Source: Ramazzottius varieornatus
Lineage: Eukaryota > Animalia > Tardigrada
DNA: 64,000 nt
Assembly: GCA_001949185.1 (NCBI GenBank)
Contig: BDGG01000002.1
Coordinates: 1,023,481-1,087,480, forward strand
Direction of reading: 5' to 3'
Shown: piece by piece, positions 63,505 through 64,000 of the stretch
Layout of the letters: each line of letters opens with the position of its first letter
Numbering within the stretch: the first letter of the stretch is position 1
Program-made: the position numbers and the translations under genes
The notes under the pieces: model-generated
Told to the model about the DNA's origin: nothing
Seen by the model: only the letters and a program-made list of their open reading frames with translations
Database searches by the model: none

Positions 63505-64000
63505 TTAGGTGAGCGTAGGGGAAATGGAAGGCAAATCGAGAAGAATGCTCGATGGACTTTCTACGACATCTCTGTGGAATAACTTAAGGAACTCGACCAT
63601 GGGTTTCTCAGCGGTGAACGAAAATACAGGAATGCGCCGAGAAGCACGGCTGAGACCGAAGAAATGTCTGGAGCTGGTGAAGGATCCATCCTATCAAAAC
63701 TACTGCCGTAAGTGAATGAGCAGTTTAATAATGTACCTGACTTTTATGCTGTTGTACCTTTCATCCTCCTCAAGCAGGACTCCGGAAAAGCCTGCGAGAT
63801 GGAAACAAGGGTTGGACGGAGGAATTTCTGCAGTTGGATGGCTTGGCGTTACTGTTAGCTGGACTAGAAGCACTCACCTTGGCAATTCGCAACGTTGATG
63901 AAGCTGTTGTCGCCGTAGAATGTCTTCGATGTATTCGCGAGGTGCTCAACTCGACGACTGGCATCCAGTATATCATCCACTTTCGCAGAGAAGAAACAGC
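63505..64000 (-). CDS. Probable 3' exons of an unidentified gene entering from the right edge
   Basis: Open frame ..KVDDILDASRRVEHLANTSKTFYGDNSFINVANCQ|GTGAGT splices in phase to |GFSGVLLEEDERYNSIKV. The terminal exon is uncertain. Confidence 0.35.

Noticed and set aside
1-64000. tRNA, rRNA or other structured ncRNA genes
   Set aside because: No cloverleaf, A/B-box or rRNA signature was recognised by eye. A tRNAscan-SE or Infernal run would be needed to exclude them.

Overview
This is eukaryotic, intron-rich animal genomic DNA, almost certainly from a eutardigrade: a SAHS-family gene is present and the Cu/Zn-SODs are duplicated. Most ORFs in the supplied track are antisense or intronic artefacts, so gene models were rebuilt by hand from GT-AG splice junctions. 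Left to right, the window holds: a flavin monooxygenase pseudogene; a small tandem family of secreted glycine-zipper propeptides (one intact gene, two relics) interrupted by a complete hAT transposon with an 8-bp TSD; a disordered protein with repeated K-x-x-F/W-E motifs; a fringe glycosyltransferase; cofactor-independent phosphoglycerate mutase, head-to-head with a cytosolic Cu/Zn-SOD; a second, signal-peptide-bearing SOD with identical intron positions; two head-to-head genes for a TM-less ionotropic-glutamate-receptor ligand-binding domain (both with lesions); a truncated LINE; a three-peptide sulfakinin precursor; a heme peroxidase; a Myb/SANT trihelix gene; and VGLUT, whose 1.5-kb intron hosts an antisense, signal-peptide-less SAHS-like gene. 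A palindromic ~80-bp unit (CCAAGTGGCGCAC-N24/25-GTGCGCCACTTGG) recurs at about 25 loci, mostly in introns and often in tandem. All identifications come from motif recognition, not database searches.
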